In this document: positions 1-13,520 of the stretch, piece by piece
Numbering within the stretch: the first letter of the stretch is position 1
Layout of the letters: each line of letters starts with the position of its first letter
Assembly (NCBI GenBank): GCA_001938485.1
Contig: MQRK01254223.1
Coordinates: 76,382 to 133,204, forward strand
Direction: 5' to 3'
Length of the DNA stretch: 56,823 bases
From: Girardia tigrina
Lineage: Eukaryota
Made by a program: the position numbers and the translations under genes
Notes under the pieces: model-generated
Seen by the model: only the letters and a program-made list of their open reading frames with translations
Databases searched by the model: none
What the model was told of the DNA's origin: nothing

Positions 1-757
1 TCGTTAAAATATTTTGTTACAAAGCAAAAAAATATTGAATCACTTGAAAATGAAAATTAGAAACAAAAGCGTTTGGATTCTTGCTTTATGATTCTTTCTC
101 GTTACTTATGATGAAGAGTGGATCAATTATGATAATCGAAAACGTTCAGTAAGCCGTTTGGACACAAATGTAGCACAAAAACACAGTCCAAAGCACAACA
201 TTAATCACAAGAAGCTGATGGTGAGTGCATGGTTGCCGGTGGCAAGTTTAATCCATTATGACTTCATGAAACCTTGTTTGTCGATCACAGCAGGTGTCTA
301 CTGCAACCAAATGGAAGATATGATGTGAAAACTCAAGGAAAAATAACTGTGTTTGGTAATCCGGTCGACTCTCATCCTGCTCCACGACAATTCGAAACTT
401 CATACGGCACTTATGACCGTTGAAAAAGTACAGAAACTTTAATTGAAACTTTTGTATAATCATCCATACTCACCAGACCTAGCTCTAACTGATAACTATT
501 TATTTTTATATTTGAACAACTTTTTGATTCCGAAAAAAAATCAATTCCGTAGGTACCGTAAAAATGGTCTTCCAGGAATTTATAGATTCTCGACTATTTA
601 ATTTTAATTCAAATGACCTCAACAAGTTCCCGCTCAAATAGAAAAGTGTTTTGATAATACGGATACATAATTTGATCAATGATATAAATATTTGTATTGG
701 TAAATTATCAATAAACTTTGAAAATATTACAAATTTCATACTTGCGGATCTCATATT
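1..757 (+). mobile_element. Degenerate mariner (cecropia/SETMAR-like), 3' part
   Basis: VTYDEEWINYDNRKRS, KKLMVSAW, LLHDNSKLH and HPYSPDLALTDNYLF motifs with stops and frameshifts. Confidence 0.85.
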
Positions 758-2438
758 ATTACATTGTAATATTCTGATAGTGTGGGGCCTGTAAAATATT
801 TTTATTACGGAAATTCAGTAAAATATAATTTTGTGATGAATATTGTTTTTAAGAAGATAGAGTAAAGTAAAGGAAAAGTATAAAAATTCATGTTTTAGTA
901 CTATTGGGTTCTTGATCAAAAGATGTTGTCATTAAGACAAAACTTTATTTCTAACACAATTTAAGTTTTTCAAACAAATATTTTCGAGCAACTTTTGCAC
1001 TTTCTTCTTAAACAAACCATTATAAAAAATTGATATAAATATAAATATGGTTATTGTAATTTTTACGAATTAAAATTCTATACTTTTTTAATAAAAAATT
1101 ATAAAGTGAATTTATTAAAATTTTTTTGTCACAAAGATTTTGTTGCATCTTTTATTAAATTTCAATTTTATTGTACATTTAAATTTACCTGTTTCTCAAT
1201 TAAATTTCCCAATTCTGTACAATAGCATTTTTCATTTCGTTTTCATAATAGTTTTAAAAATTACTTTAGATTTAGTAAAATAACGTTTTGAAAATAGAAT
1301 TCAAAATCGCAATTTCGTTTAATTTAATAACTTTTAAATTACTCCTTTTTTACATAAAAAATAAAATTATATTTCCATTAATAATTACGTTTTCCAAAAT
1401 AAAATTAAAATCGCATTTTCATTTAAGTCGATTTAATTGTTTTACAATTATATTTTGATTCCAATTACAATTTCCAAAAACAAAATTATAATTTCATTTT
1501 TTAATATACTTCGATTTAATCGTGTAAAATAAAAGTTACCAAAAAATAGTTTAGTTTATTTTCATTTCGCAAATAAAATATTAATCTTTATATTACTTTT
1601 GATTTTATTTCAATTAAATATTTTCATGAAATTTGAAATTAATTTTTTTACTTTATAATAAATCTTTTAATAAACTTACTGTAAAATTTATTTTATTTCT
1701 TACATAAATTAATTTTTACATTAAATTTCTGAAAATCTTATTTTAACATATCGTTATATTTTACGGAATATAATTATTTAATTATTAATTTGATAAGATT
1801 GTAAATTCAAATTTTTTATGAACTCAACAACGCTCCCAACAAGTACATTTTAAAATGGACAGCCATGATATAAAATGATGGTACTCATTTATCGTTAAAC
1901 ATTTATGTTAATCAACCTTATTTAAATACTAACAGTTAACAATTTAAAATAGGGTATTTATAACAATACATTTAATCAAATAATATTCATTTATTTATTG
2001 TTTACAGTAAATTAAAAGAAATAATCTCAGAAGGAAGGGCGGTTTCGTCGACTGTGGAGCAAACGACTAGTATTTACGGGCAATTGGAGTACCGTTGGGA
2101 AAAGGGATCAGTACGACGCCTCATCAGTATTATAACAAATTTAGTTTTTTAACATTACATTGCAATTACTTGATAAACTCATAATCCAAGATTTAATTTA
2201 GATTTGGCATTTCGTTTCTTTTTATTTATTGATGCAATTTCAATTTTTCTGTTCTTAAATAAATAAAAATTGATTATTTAAAGGTTTTCATACGAAACAA
2301 AAGTAATGTAAAGATTAAAGTTGAAAAAAACACTTTTCTAATCATATTTTTTCTGAAAATATTTATTGTATGGCTTCTATAAACGAGGCATTATTATTAT
2401 AATAATAATAATAATAATAATAATTATTATTATTATTA

Positions 2439-3477
2439 CACTTGTCAACAGCTAAAAAATTGTCAGGCATTTCTCCACCGATTTAAACTAATTTTGGTGT
2501 TCTGAGTCCGAATATTATATTGATTTTGCTCTATCAGTCGCCATCCCTAGGACCTCATTAATCTACTTCATCATCGCAACTTTATTTGACTTCACACCAC
2601 CCATCACTCGCGCCAATCGACCCCGACTCGGTCCAACAAACCCTAACATCGCACTCGTCAACTCATACAAAATTCGACCATCGGCGGTGAAGCACTTGCA
2701 CTCGTCCTTATCATAAATTTCATAAATTACGGCAGATTGAACACGAAATTCTCCATTTCGATACGATCGATCGACTATCGTCACAAACGAATCCAGAACG
2801 ATCCAATTTCGTTTAATTTTAATCTCCGATCAATCTTCTCTGACTGTTTCGATTATTTTCTTCGTACTATCTTTTTCATTCGATAATTTCACGCAATCAC
2901 AAAGTGCGATCAGTTCTGAGTCGTCTTTCGCTTGATCGTCGATTATCGTCACTCGTAGCATCGATTCGTCTTCGGAAATGTATTCAATTTGAGTGATTTT
3001 ATTTACCATGAAATTTTCGTTGAAAATTGACGACCAGGGGAAGTGAGACGCAGTCATGATGGAGGACTACTGCTGGTCGCTGAAAAGAGACAACTTAGCA
3101 GCTACTCACACACGGGAATCGAAGAAACGTCGATTTATGCCTTAAATTCTGAACTTTTGTGTCACGTAACGCTCATTTTTATACTAATATTATGTATGAT
3201 TATGCTTATAAAATTTGATAGGCTAAATAAAAACTGAATGAATTTGGATACGTGGACTTTCATTTTTTGAGGAAAACGGAAATAATCGTCAGGGATTTCT
3301 CAGCTGATGATCCGCAGTATTTTTTTTAAGAAAAATCAATTTTTTAAAAATGTCTGTAACAAAAGCCTGACCTGATTGAGCAAAACCAAGGTTATTGTCG
3401 GACTCAGAGCATCAAATTTAGTCTAATTCAAAAGAAAACCCTGCATAATTTTCAAAAAACATTTTTATTACCCAGTG
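2439..3477 (+). mobile_element. Non-autonomous Chapaev3 (CMC) DNA transposon carrying a captured gene fragment
   Basis: CAC...GTG termini with ~100-bp imperfect terminal/subterminal inverted repeats (aaactaattttggtgttctgagtccga...ttttgctctatcag vs ctgattgagcaaaa...tcggactcagagcatcaaatttagtct). Inserted in a (TTA)n tract (tta/ttt flanks). 3033-3145 encodes the transposase C-terminus QGK*DAVMMEDYCWSLKRD...SKKRRFMP* (family motif YQGRWD..MMADYCWSLKRD). Confidence 0.85.
2555..3030 (-). pseudogene. GPKOW: Captured fragment of GPKOW (Spp2/MOS2-like, KOW-motif splicing factor)
   Basis: ORFs 2830-3057 and 2563-2784 share a frame and are separated by one TGA. NWIVLDSFVTIVDRSYRNGEFRVQSAVIYEIYDKDECKCFTADGRILYELTSAMLGFVGPSRG aligns without gaps to the remembered GPKOW C-terminal region [59 protein letters not shown]. 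Confidence 0.75.
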
Positions 3478-4860
3478 TTTGTTATTATTATTATTATTTG
3501 GACTATTGATGTTATCGTAGATAAATATTAATCCTCAATATTTTACTGGAAATTATTTTATTAGATTGATTTAATTAAACTATCATCCATTTATTCGTCT
3601 ACAAGATAAAGAATACTTTCTTTTTAATTAATACACAAGATGCGACTTATCATAAATTTAGTTCTGAATAACGTATGACAAAAACAGTCTCCGTAAAACT
3701 AAGGTTTCGTATTCACCTTTTATACTAAATAATTTATCGTTTAAAGAAATTAGAAAAAGTATTTATTCTTCAGTAAGAAAGTAATTAGTTTAAAATAGAA
3801 TTTCTAGTTAACTTTAATATTATACTAATGGAAATATAAAATAAATTTCTTTTCTTCAGTACTGCAACAGTTTACAGTAATAAATAAAAAATATATTATT
3901 TTATATTTCGTTTTTCAACATTCTTTTACTTGATGAAAATTGCATTGGATTATTATCTATATTTCAAAAATAATTAATTTATTTGATTACTTATCTATAT
4001 TTATATACAACCATTTAATTAGTGGAAATAATCATTTTCTTATTATTCATCAATAATATTATTTTTATATTATATTTTGTTTAATTGCAAATTTTACGAA
4101 AAAAGAGTGTGTAAACTGTGACGAAAACACTAATATATAAAAAATCAATAAATATTATTTATTTCTCATTGTTTCTTTTTTTCGTAAGTATAATACATTT
4201 GATATATTTAATTTAATCCATTATTTAAAAATAAAAGGAATTTAATATGATAAATTTTTGACACAAAAAAATTTTTATATTTGTGAGGAAAGTTTGAAAT
4301 CTTTTATGTATTGTGTTGATTTGTAGGATTAATATTTTAATTATTATTAATCAAGACTAACTTTTTTTAATTTTTAAATTTTAAATTAATAAAGGAAATT
4401 AATTTTTTACAATTATCAACGTTTATTTTAATTTTAATCAATGAAGTTTGTAGTAAAAAAAATTTTAAGATTTTTTCTTCTTTCAAATCGTTTAGATAAT
4501 CAAATAAAGATTATTAATCAAATTTTAACAAAATCATATTAGTGTTTTTAATAATATTACTAATGTTCGACGTTTGATTGTAAGATTATAAATATTAAAA
4601 AAATATTTTATTGAAAAGAAAACTTATTGTTTATTTATTGTAACCGATCATTTAAATCTTTTAAACTTATTTTTATCACAATTTAATGAAATTCAAAATA
4701 TGTTCAGAAATAAATCTACTTTTTATTTTTATATTAGTTAATTATTTATAAATTTCTAAATAATTTCAAGAATATTTGTAAGCATTTTAATAATTATAGG
4801 GAGATGGTCGTATTCAAATGGTAGTCTCAACAAGCTTAATGATAATTTGCGATTAACACG

Positions 4861-4899
<39 letters not shown>

Positions 4900-7800
4900 T
4901 TTGACGAAGACCTTTGATTCATCTAAACTTATAGTTCTTAAAATTATGTTTTGTATTTGATAAGGTTATTCTTTAAAAATAAAAAAAATAAATGAATAAT
5001 AAAAAAACAAATAAAAATAAAAAAATAAAAAAAGTATTTATATCATTTTTATATCATTTTTTTTATATTTATATCATTTATATCTTTTTTTAGATGGAAA
5101 ATAAGTTAAATGTTTGATAAATAGACAATTTGTAGCATAAAACCACATTTGAGAGATTCTTTAAGTATATCCCCCATAGAAATCCATACAGAAACAATCA
5201 TTAACATATTTAGTTTATATGGTAATTAAGTAAATGAATCAAATTTGAAATATCAATTAAAATATTACGTCAAACAATTTAACCTTTATTAATAAGATTA
5301 AATTTACAATAAAAGATTATTCAGAATTTATCAGATTATACATAAATAAAAAATCTTAGGTGTTGTTATAACAGTAGCACAATGACTTAGACCTATAAAT
5401 ATATTATTTATTTATATGTAATTATTATAAATGTAATAAACTTAAAATTTAAAACAAAATCAATAAGAACCTAAATAGAAAATAAAGTGGCAATTAATAA
5501 CCTCTCAGAAAAGAAACTATATTGTAAACACCTTTAATAATCCAAATACAGTCACATTTCTCTACAAAATTTCAATCGAAATCAGCAAATTATTTTAGTA
5601 CAAAAATGAAAAATAATCTCCAGAAAAAAGTTCTAATTTATGTTTAAATCATTACCAAAAGTTATATTCACTCAAGCATCTTTAAAAGTCACCTTTTGCT
5701 CAATTCTGTTGTATCCAAAATTATAAAACGTAGTTTTTCAACAGTTTGAAAATACTTCAGCCTGATTGGTCGAATGGAAAACTCGTTTCGGAAAAGTTGT
5801 TTCCCTTGGTGTAATATTTTTGTGAAGAAGGTTTGGGGAAAGCTTAGTTACATTTGGTCATATTGTTTTCAAACACATATAAAAAAGCAAAAACAGACAG
5901 ACAAACAGACAATCAATTTATATAAAAGACTCTGTGTTGTAATACTATTTTAAAAGTTTAATTGTAAATATATTATTTATAACCATATTATTTTTTAAAG
6001 ACATTTGGAGCCTCCTTGAGGAACTGATCTGATGAGTCACGCGCGAAATGCTTCGCGCTTCTGGTCCTAATTTCTTACATCCTAATTTCTTTCTAATTGT
6101 CTCGAGCAGTCTGCTAGATTTATCGTCAGAAATGATAATTTACGCAAGACACATGCGGCATATCTGTGTACGATCGTCAAAAACTATTCTAGTGAATTCG
6201 TGACGGAATAGTTGGATATATTTTACAATATATCAAAAGTAGAATCATGGGCCTAGCACCGAATTTTCGAGTCATTCGATACGTAACTTTTTAGCTTGAT
6301 TTTTATTTATGTCTTATTAACAAATCTAAATTATTTTAATTTGATCCATGCAAATTTTTTAAGTAAATTTAATTTTAAAAATAATAATATTTAAGAAAAT
6401 TATTAAAACATTTATAGTTAAAACTTATACGATCTACAATAATATATTTTAAGCATTATTTTTCACTTATCCTTTTTGTCATTAACAGTCAGAAAAATAA
6501 TTTATGGCAACTGATAAAAATAAGAACAGAAAACCTTGTTTGAGACTGCTTTTATCAAATATTGCCTCATTAAAAATTTAGAGATCTTTCTGGGGATTTT
6601 CAATGATTCAAAATAATTCATAAAGTCAATACGAAAAAAAATTCAAAAGAAGCGATTTTATTATTATTATCATCATTATTATTATTAATATTATATTTAT
6701 TATTATTATTATTAATATTATTATTATCCTTATTATTAATAATTATTTTTCTAACTATTTGAATTTTCAGTTATTAAAATTAACACTTTTTAAAATAAAT
6801 TATACTTAAGCATTTCTTCGGATATAATAACATTTTGATCTATGAAGGAAATCTAAAAATAATTAATACTTAGTGCTACATAATTAAATACAATAATGAC
6901 ATCTTTAACTGGATTGATTCGTTTAACGTTATAGAAAAACGCGTTGTAAGAACATTTTCGTATAACGTACATGATTGAACCCGTAAAACGTGTTACGTAC
7001 AAATGATTCACATTTGACATTTTTCGTTAAAGTGAGTTTAGAACGAGAAATAAGAAAAAACTGTTTAGAACGAAAGATATGCGTTTTATTTAAAATCAAA
7101 CCAAGACCAATTAAAAAAACTTATACATACACCAATACCTTGCTTTGCATCGTTTCCTTTTGCATTTTTTGAAGTTGCGTCGCTGCTTAATAAGTACTAA
7201 TTTTCAATGTGCGTGTTGGGGTTACCTTTGGTAAACTTTAAATTTTTGATATTTTTAAAAAAATCATATTTATATTTTAGATAAAGTAAAAATAATCTCG
7301 ATTAATTAAAAAGAAATAATTATTTAAAATAAAAATTTAAGCTATAGATAATATATTTACTGATTAAAATAAATAAGATTTTTTAAAAAAATATATATTA
7401 TAGTAACCTTTCTACTAATTAAATCGAAATAATTTTTGTAAAAATCATAGTTCACAGATAGTATATTACTAATTAAAATGAAATAAGTTTTTTAAAAAAA
7501 TTTTAGAGTAATGATAATATTTTAATTAAATTGGACAAATTTTTATAAAAATGAAGTTTTCAAAAATTCACAATTAAATATCATCTTCGAAGTTAAAGAA
7601 TATTGTAAAGAAGATTTTGATATATTTTGCAACACTATTTAAAATAAAATCATAATACTTTTTAATGTATAAAATCAATATTAAGGAAATTAAATTTTAA
7701 AAAGAATGCAATTTTATTAAAAACAAATAAAAGATTTTTATTAAAAAATAATTTATCATCGAATGATTAAAAATCAAAAAAAAAACATTTAAAAATTGAA

Positions 7801-10800
7801 TTTTTAAAAAATATTTTTAAAAATCTGAATTTAAATTTCAATTAATAAACATTGTAAAAAATTAATAAAGCAAAAAACAACATATGATTTATACAAAATT
7901 GAATAAAATAACATATTTGTATATTTTGTCGATATTATTATTTATATTTAGAATTTTGAGATCTGGATTATGCAATTAAAATATTGTTCCTCATAAATTT
8001 GTTTCAATAATGAAAATTGTAATAGAAATAAAATTTACAAAATTATGACTTCCAATTTTAATCACGAACCTAATAATGCGTAGTTAGATTCGAGGTTGCG
8101 TTGTTATTTATTTTGAAATTTTTTGAATTTTTATTTTTTTTTCAAATGGATGGCACCACTTTTGTTTCAAATTGCGTCATGCCATCAAATCTCGGGGATT
8201 CCATTTCTAACTGAAAATCAACGCAATTTTAATACAGTTTATATTCATTATGTTTTGTTAATTAGTAATTATTAATTAAACTATTAATTGTTAAATAGTT
8301 TCAATTATGTAGTGCGTTGTGCTTTTTGTAACGTTTCAATAAGTGAGTTGTGGTTTTTTCAATAGAAAATAATTTATTTTTACGGGTGATTTCTAGTAAC
8401 AAAAAAGGTAAATATTTTTCACATTTATTTAGTGGCAAAGTTATATGATTTTTGTTTTTTAATTGTTTACTTTGTTCAATGTTCTTTTTGAAAAGTAGTA
8501 TTTTTGTAACCCAGAAACTTATCTTTGATCTTTACATAGTTTGCTATAGAAAATCTTAATTCACTTTGCGTTTTTTTCAATTTGCGACGTGTTATTTTTT
8601 GAAAAGTAACCCCGACTCAAAAGGAGGTATAATATATATAAGTGAGGTATTATATATGTTAAAGCCCGTGTTATAAGAGAAACCGCGTAATATGAAAACC
8701 AGTTTAAGCGTAATATCTTTAAGGGAGAGTATTGTTTAATTTATTTTTTACATGTCGAAAATGTTATTTTTGTATAATTCAAGCACTTTTAGCAATGAAT
8801 GTCGCTCGTTATAAAATATAATATTTTATAAATCATAAGAACGTCAATCACAGAACAATGATCCAAAAGAAATAACGTTTGATCATTCATATTGAAATAA
8901 TAATTTTTAATATGTTTTTTAATAAAATTTATTTTTTATTATGGCAAATCATAAAAATAGTTATTATAGCAGTATAAATAAATTAATTTTTTTAATAAGT
9001 TTATTAAATCAAAACATTTTATATCGTTGGTTACATGGATTATGAAAAGTCAAACAATTCTTCAATTCTTGAAATTAAATATTAAATAAATTAAACAATT
9101 CTTATATAAACAAAAAAAATATGTATCAGTTTAATTCAAGAAATTAATTATTTCTATAATTCTTTTTATTATTTCCTAAAATGTCATTTAAACTCATGGA
9201 AAAGAATTAATTAAGAAAAATAGTTGATTTTAATTAATTGTATAATTTGAACCCATTTTTTTAAATATCTTTGATTTATTAATTGTTTTATATATTTACG
9301 AATTCTTAAGTAAAGATCAAAATTGTTAAATGATGTTTCTTCAACAATATACTATAAAAATAAATATTTACTACTTTTAAAACCAGTTCAGTTTTATAAA
9401 CTTTTTCTTTCATATAAGTATAATTAAATTAATTTTGTATTATTTAATCGGAAATTGTTTAATTATTATTTTATTTATAAAATAAGACTTTCCTTTTTGA
9501 CAATATTTACATTCAATGATAAAATTTTGTATTTTTGGAAGGAAATTTAATTAAGTAATTACAATTTAATGTTACAATACAGTTAATTAGAGCAAAGTAA
9601 AAATCAAGCAAATTGTTTCGTTTAAATAAATTATAATAATTACAAAAAGTTATATTCACTTATAACCTATACAATTTTACTATTTAAAATTAAATAATGT
9701 CTCCTCTTAAAGGAAAAAAAATATAATTACTTTTGTCTTTGAACACAGTTTGCATATATGAGCACGGATTATTTTTACTCAATAAATTTTATCTTGTATC
9801 ATATTGTAACTATTTATTACAATTTATATGACATTTTGTATATAATATGCATATGAGTATCGAAAAGGTTTATAATACAAAATGTATTATTAATATTATA
9901 TTTTTAATTACATATATTTTTAATTTATAGTTACATATTATTAATAAATAAGAATAACTAAAAAATATTTATTAAATTATGTGCATAAATATAATTGTAT
10001 ATATATATATATATATATAATTGTAATTATCATTGTATATATAATTGTATTTCATTGAAATAAGCGAATATAAAAGAAATTGTGTCAATTTATGTCAATG
10101 TCAATTTCTGAAATAATTTTGAGCTGACAGAACCCAAAGTCAGATAATTGATTGAGCTTAAAAAAGATATAATTTGACCACTATGGTGTTTCGGAATTTA
10201 AATTATAAATTATTTATTGTTATTTTTATTATAATATAATATATTATAATATTATCTTTATAATATATCTTCTCTCCCTGCCCAAAGACAATTCAAATCA
10301 ACATTTTATCGTATAATCTTCTATTTGTTATTGCATGTGTGTGCAACTCATTTATAATTGAATCAAATGGCTCCTTCTGATATGTCAACCAATCAGATTG
10401 AGCCTTGAGCCAGACATAATTTTTGTAACAAAATGTTATTGGTTCGATCTCTTGATTTTGTGAATCTGAGTGATATTTTGGTTAATTGCCTTTTATGATA
10501 GCTTATTTTTAATAACGAATTAACTGTTTTTCTATTGTGAAATCGATTCAACTGATTTTAATTTATTTGATTATTTGTAAATTTATCATCGAACTGTTAT
10601 TGAATTAAAAAATTTCGGACTGAATTTAAATTTTATATTACGAATTTCGCTGAATCAGATTTAAAAATTACTAATATTTCTAATATCATGAAAACAAAAT
10701 GAGCTCTACACAAAATCAAAATGTCTGAGCTTAAATTCCGTCACTGGCAATCTATCACTACAACCGTCCAATCTTCAGCGCAACTTGGATATCAGGCGGA

Positions 10801-10831
10801 ACATAGGGTTATGTTGTAATATGTTATTATA

Positions 10832-12155
10832 TAAGGTTGCCTTATAAGTTTTGTCACAAAAAAAACACCAAAATACAATAAAATATATCCATGTCATGCA
10901 AATGCGAAAAAGTAATCACCATCGTGCGTAATACATCTCAGTCAACGTCCAGGGAGGCTGCGTATCCATTTTGGAAAATATCACGCGGTTTCTTGTCAAA
11001 CCAACGTAGAAGATCTTCGTTGATATCGTTGACACCGGCATAATTCTTTCCTCTAAGTGCACATTTCATTGAAGAGAATAGATAGTAGTCAGATTGTGAT
11101 AGATCGGGGGAGTATGGTGGATGTGGGAGTACGGTGATTTCAAGCGCATTCAGCTTGTCCTTGGTCTTAGCAGCCGTATGCGGACGAGCATTATGATTGA
11201 GATTATGAACATTAAGGTTTCCTCCATGGAGCTACCGTCTGTGCCTCTGCTGAACGGCGGTAATGAGACGATCCAGCTGAGTACAGTAGATATCCGCATT
11301 GATTGTAGCATTTGGAGGTAAGACATCTAACATAAGCAGTCCTTGACAGTCCCAAAAGACGGAGGTGTGATGCTTTCGGTTTTTCAGTCTTCGTGTCAGT
11401 GTTGCAAGTGGGTTTTCATCCGATTTTCTCCATGATCTATTGTTGAAAGCACCTTTGTTGTCCCATTACACCCATATCTCATCGCAGGTGATGATTTAGG
11501 ACAGGAAATCATTCTGGTTATAACTATCCAATATCAGTTGACAAATTCTTTTGCGATTATCTTTGTTCTGTTGCGTCAGAGCGTGTGGCACCCATCAATT
11601 TTCCAGGTATCGGTATCCCATTGTATTCAAGTGCCGGCACACCGTGGTTTTATTCTGATCAATTCCCTTTGCAATGATCCTCGTTGTTGCACGCTTGTCC
11701 TCAGTCAGAAACTCGATTATCTTCTCGTCTATGTCAAGAGATGACAGCCCTTCGCGGACTTGATCGTCTGTGTAAAAGTTGTTTTCATGAAAATTGGAAA
11801 TTCCCCTTTCACATGTTTTCTTTGAGACTGTTCTAACTCCAAGGGCCGTGTTAATTTCGTCAATCATCTGTGAGGGTGTTAAATCCCTTTTCCAGCAATA
11901 GTAAATTAATTTACGAATATCAGAGCGATTAAAACCCATTAGGATGATGAAAATGTGCGAAATTATTTTATTAAAAGAAAAATTCATTTAGAACAGAAAA
12001 TAAAAGTTATTGGACTTAAGTAGATCACAAATGCTATTTTATTTCATTCTCATTTTATTAGGGATTGCAAATATATAAGAATTATTTGTGTGATTCAAGG
12101 ATATTTGCAGTTAACAAAGATATATGTGTGCGACAAACCTTATGAGGCAACCCTA
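10832..12155 (-). mobile_element. Full-length mariner (DD34D), inactivated
   Basis: TIRs taaggttgccttataagttttgtc / gacaaaccttatgaggcaacccta with TA flanks. Transposase starts MGFNRSDIRK and contains ITCDEIW, HNARPH and PPYSPDLSQSDYYLF, with stops and frameshifts. Confidence 0.92.
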
Positions 12156-12981
12156 TATTATAGATTATGATTCCATATGGTATGAATATCTACGAAAGGA
12201 GTAATATAAATACATGATGTGAAACGCATCTTAGCACTGAGACACGAAAAGATTGTTTTAGATTATAAAATATATTGAAAATATTTCAGTAAATAATATA
12301 AAATTAATTATGATTATATGATTATGATTATATAAGCATAAATATGTATTGAAAACAATAAAAACATTGATCAGGAAATAATTAAAATAATTGTTAAATA
12401 AATCAAAGGAAACTATTTGTAATGAAGCATTATCCAGAAAAAATAAGAATAAAAAAGAGAGAATACTGCTGATGGCATGTACTTGGACATAAAAAATATT
12501 TCATTAAAGAGAAAAAATAGAAAATATAAAGGAAAATACATTTTTGTATTATTAATTGCTATCGAAATTATCAAAAACTACGAAATATGATTAATCAAAA
12601 TTTATTACAATCATAACGTTCTTATTTCTCTGACAATTTTTTTATTAACTATAATTAGTTTTAACTTTATATATCTTGATCATTGATGTACAATAATTTA
12701 TATTTAGTACATTTAAATTGAATAATTTTATTTGCTCCTTCCTTCAAAGGATGTTTAAGTTTATTTGGGTTAGAAAGGAAGATCCTTTTGAAGGACGAAC
12801 AAAAAAATTAATTCAAAAAAATTAAAAATTTTAATTAAGATGATTTTAAAAGAACATTTAAACCATAAAAGGATACGTTTATACTCTTTCTTAATAAAAA
12901 AAGTAAAAATAATAAAAAGTAAAACAACTTGTCACGAAGAGAAACAACAAATGTTAAGAACATTTCTAATTAAAGTAAGCG

Positions 12982-13520
12982 GGAGGAATATATTCGAATG
13001 TTGTTTATAGTATGTTGTGTTTGGAATGTTGTTTTTAGGATTGTGTTTCTCCACCCTGATGGAAGATTTATATTTTAAATATTGTGAACCATATGATTAA
13101 TCGGACAATTTTAAAATGTAAATAAAATCTTCAAAATAAAATTCATATATTTTAATCAATAAATATATAATAATACTTTATAATAATACTTTAATAAGTA
13201 CTTTAAATTTATTTGAAAGTAATTTAAAATATTTTAATAGTATATTGTAACGTAAAGATTTATTAAGTCATAGATAATGTATTAAATATGAATAAAAATA
13301 TTTTTGAAAATAATTTTTCAATATTTTAGTCTGAAATTGTAATTTAAATTTGTTCTAATAATTGGAGGTTTAAAATAGAATTTTAATTCATCAATCAAGA
13401 ACGATATCTAACTATGAAAGTTTTGTGGTTAATTGTCTGGAGGTAATTCGAGTTGTGATGTAAATAAAAGTATTGGAAATCATTTTAGTGTTCTTAATAC
13501 TAAGAATAAAGAGAAAGATT
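12982..13520 (+). repeat. Copy A of an unidentified dispersed family (other copies 16398-16880 +, 33740-34185 -, ~41350-42290 -)
   Basis: Shared ggattgtgtttctccaccctgatggaa block (A, C; diverged in B), tgttc(g/t)aataat block and a (M)SN.ESF..NC..NNS.C.VNK-like frame start. Confidence 0.75.

Noticed and set aside
1200-1570. Degenerate ~90-100 bp repeated units (cgtttt..aaaat..aatcgca.tttc.tttaa) as a CRISPR-like array
   Set aside because: The units are diverged AT-rich tandem copies without identical repeats or unique spacers, in a eukaryotic context with no cas genes.
2035-2132. Minus-strand CUGAUGA...GAAAC hammerhead-like motif, and a plus-strand spectrin-like peptide (LKEIISEGR...LEYRWE)
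   Set aside because: No stem III or cleavage triplet can be formed; the peptide is on the wrong strand for the dystrophin gene and lacks convincing splice context.
2563-3057. RPB8/POLR2H-like reading of the cargo ORF
   Set aside because: Only superficial length and pattern resemblance; the GPKOW KOW-region alignment is far better, and the ORF start lies within the antisense transposase remnant.
6021-6068. CUGAUGAG...CGAAA hammerhead-like core
   Set aside because: Stems I-III do not pair convincingly; at best a very decayed remnant.
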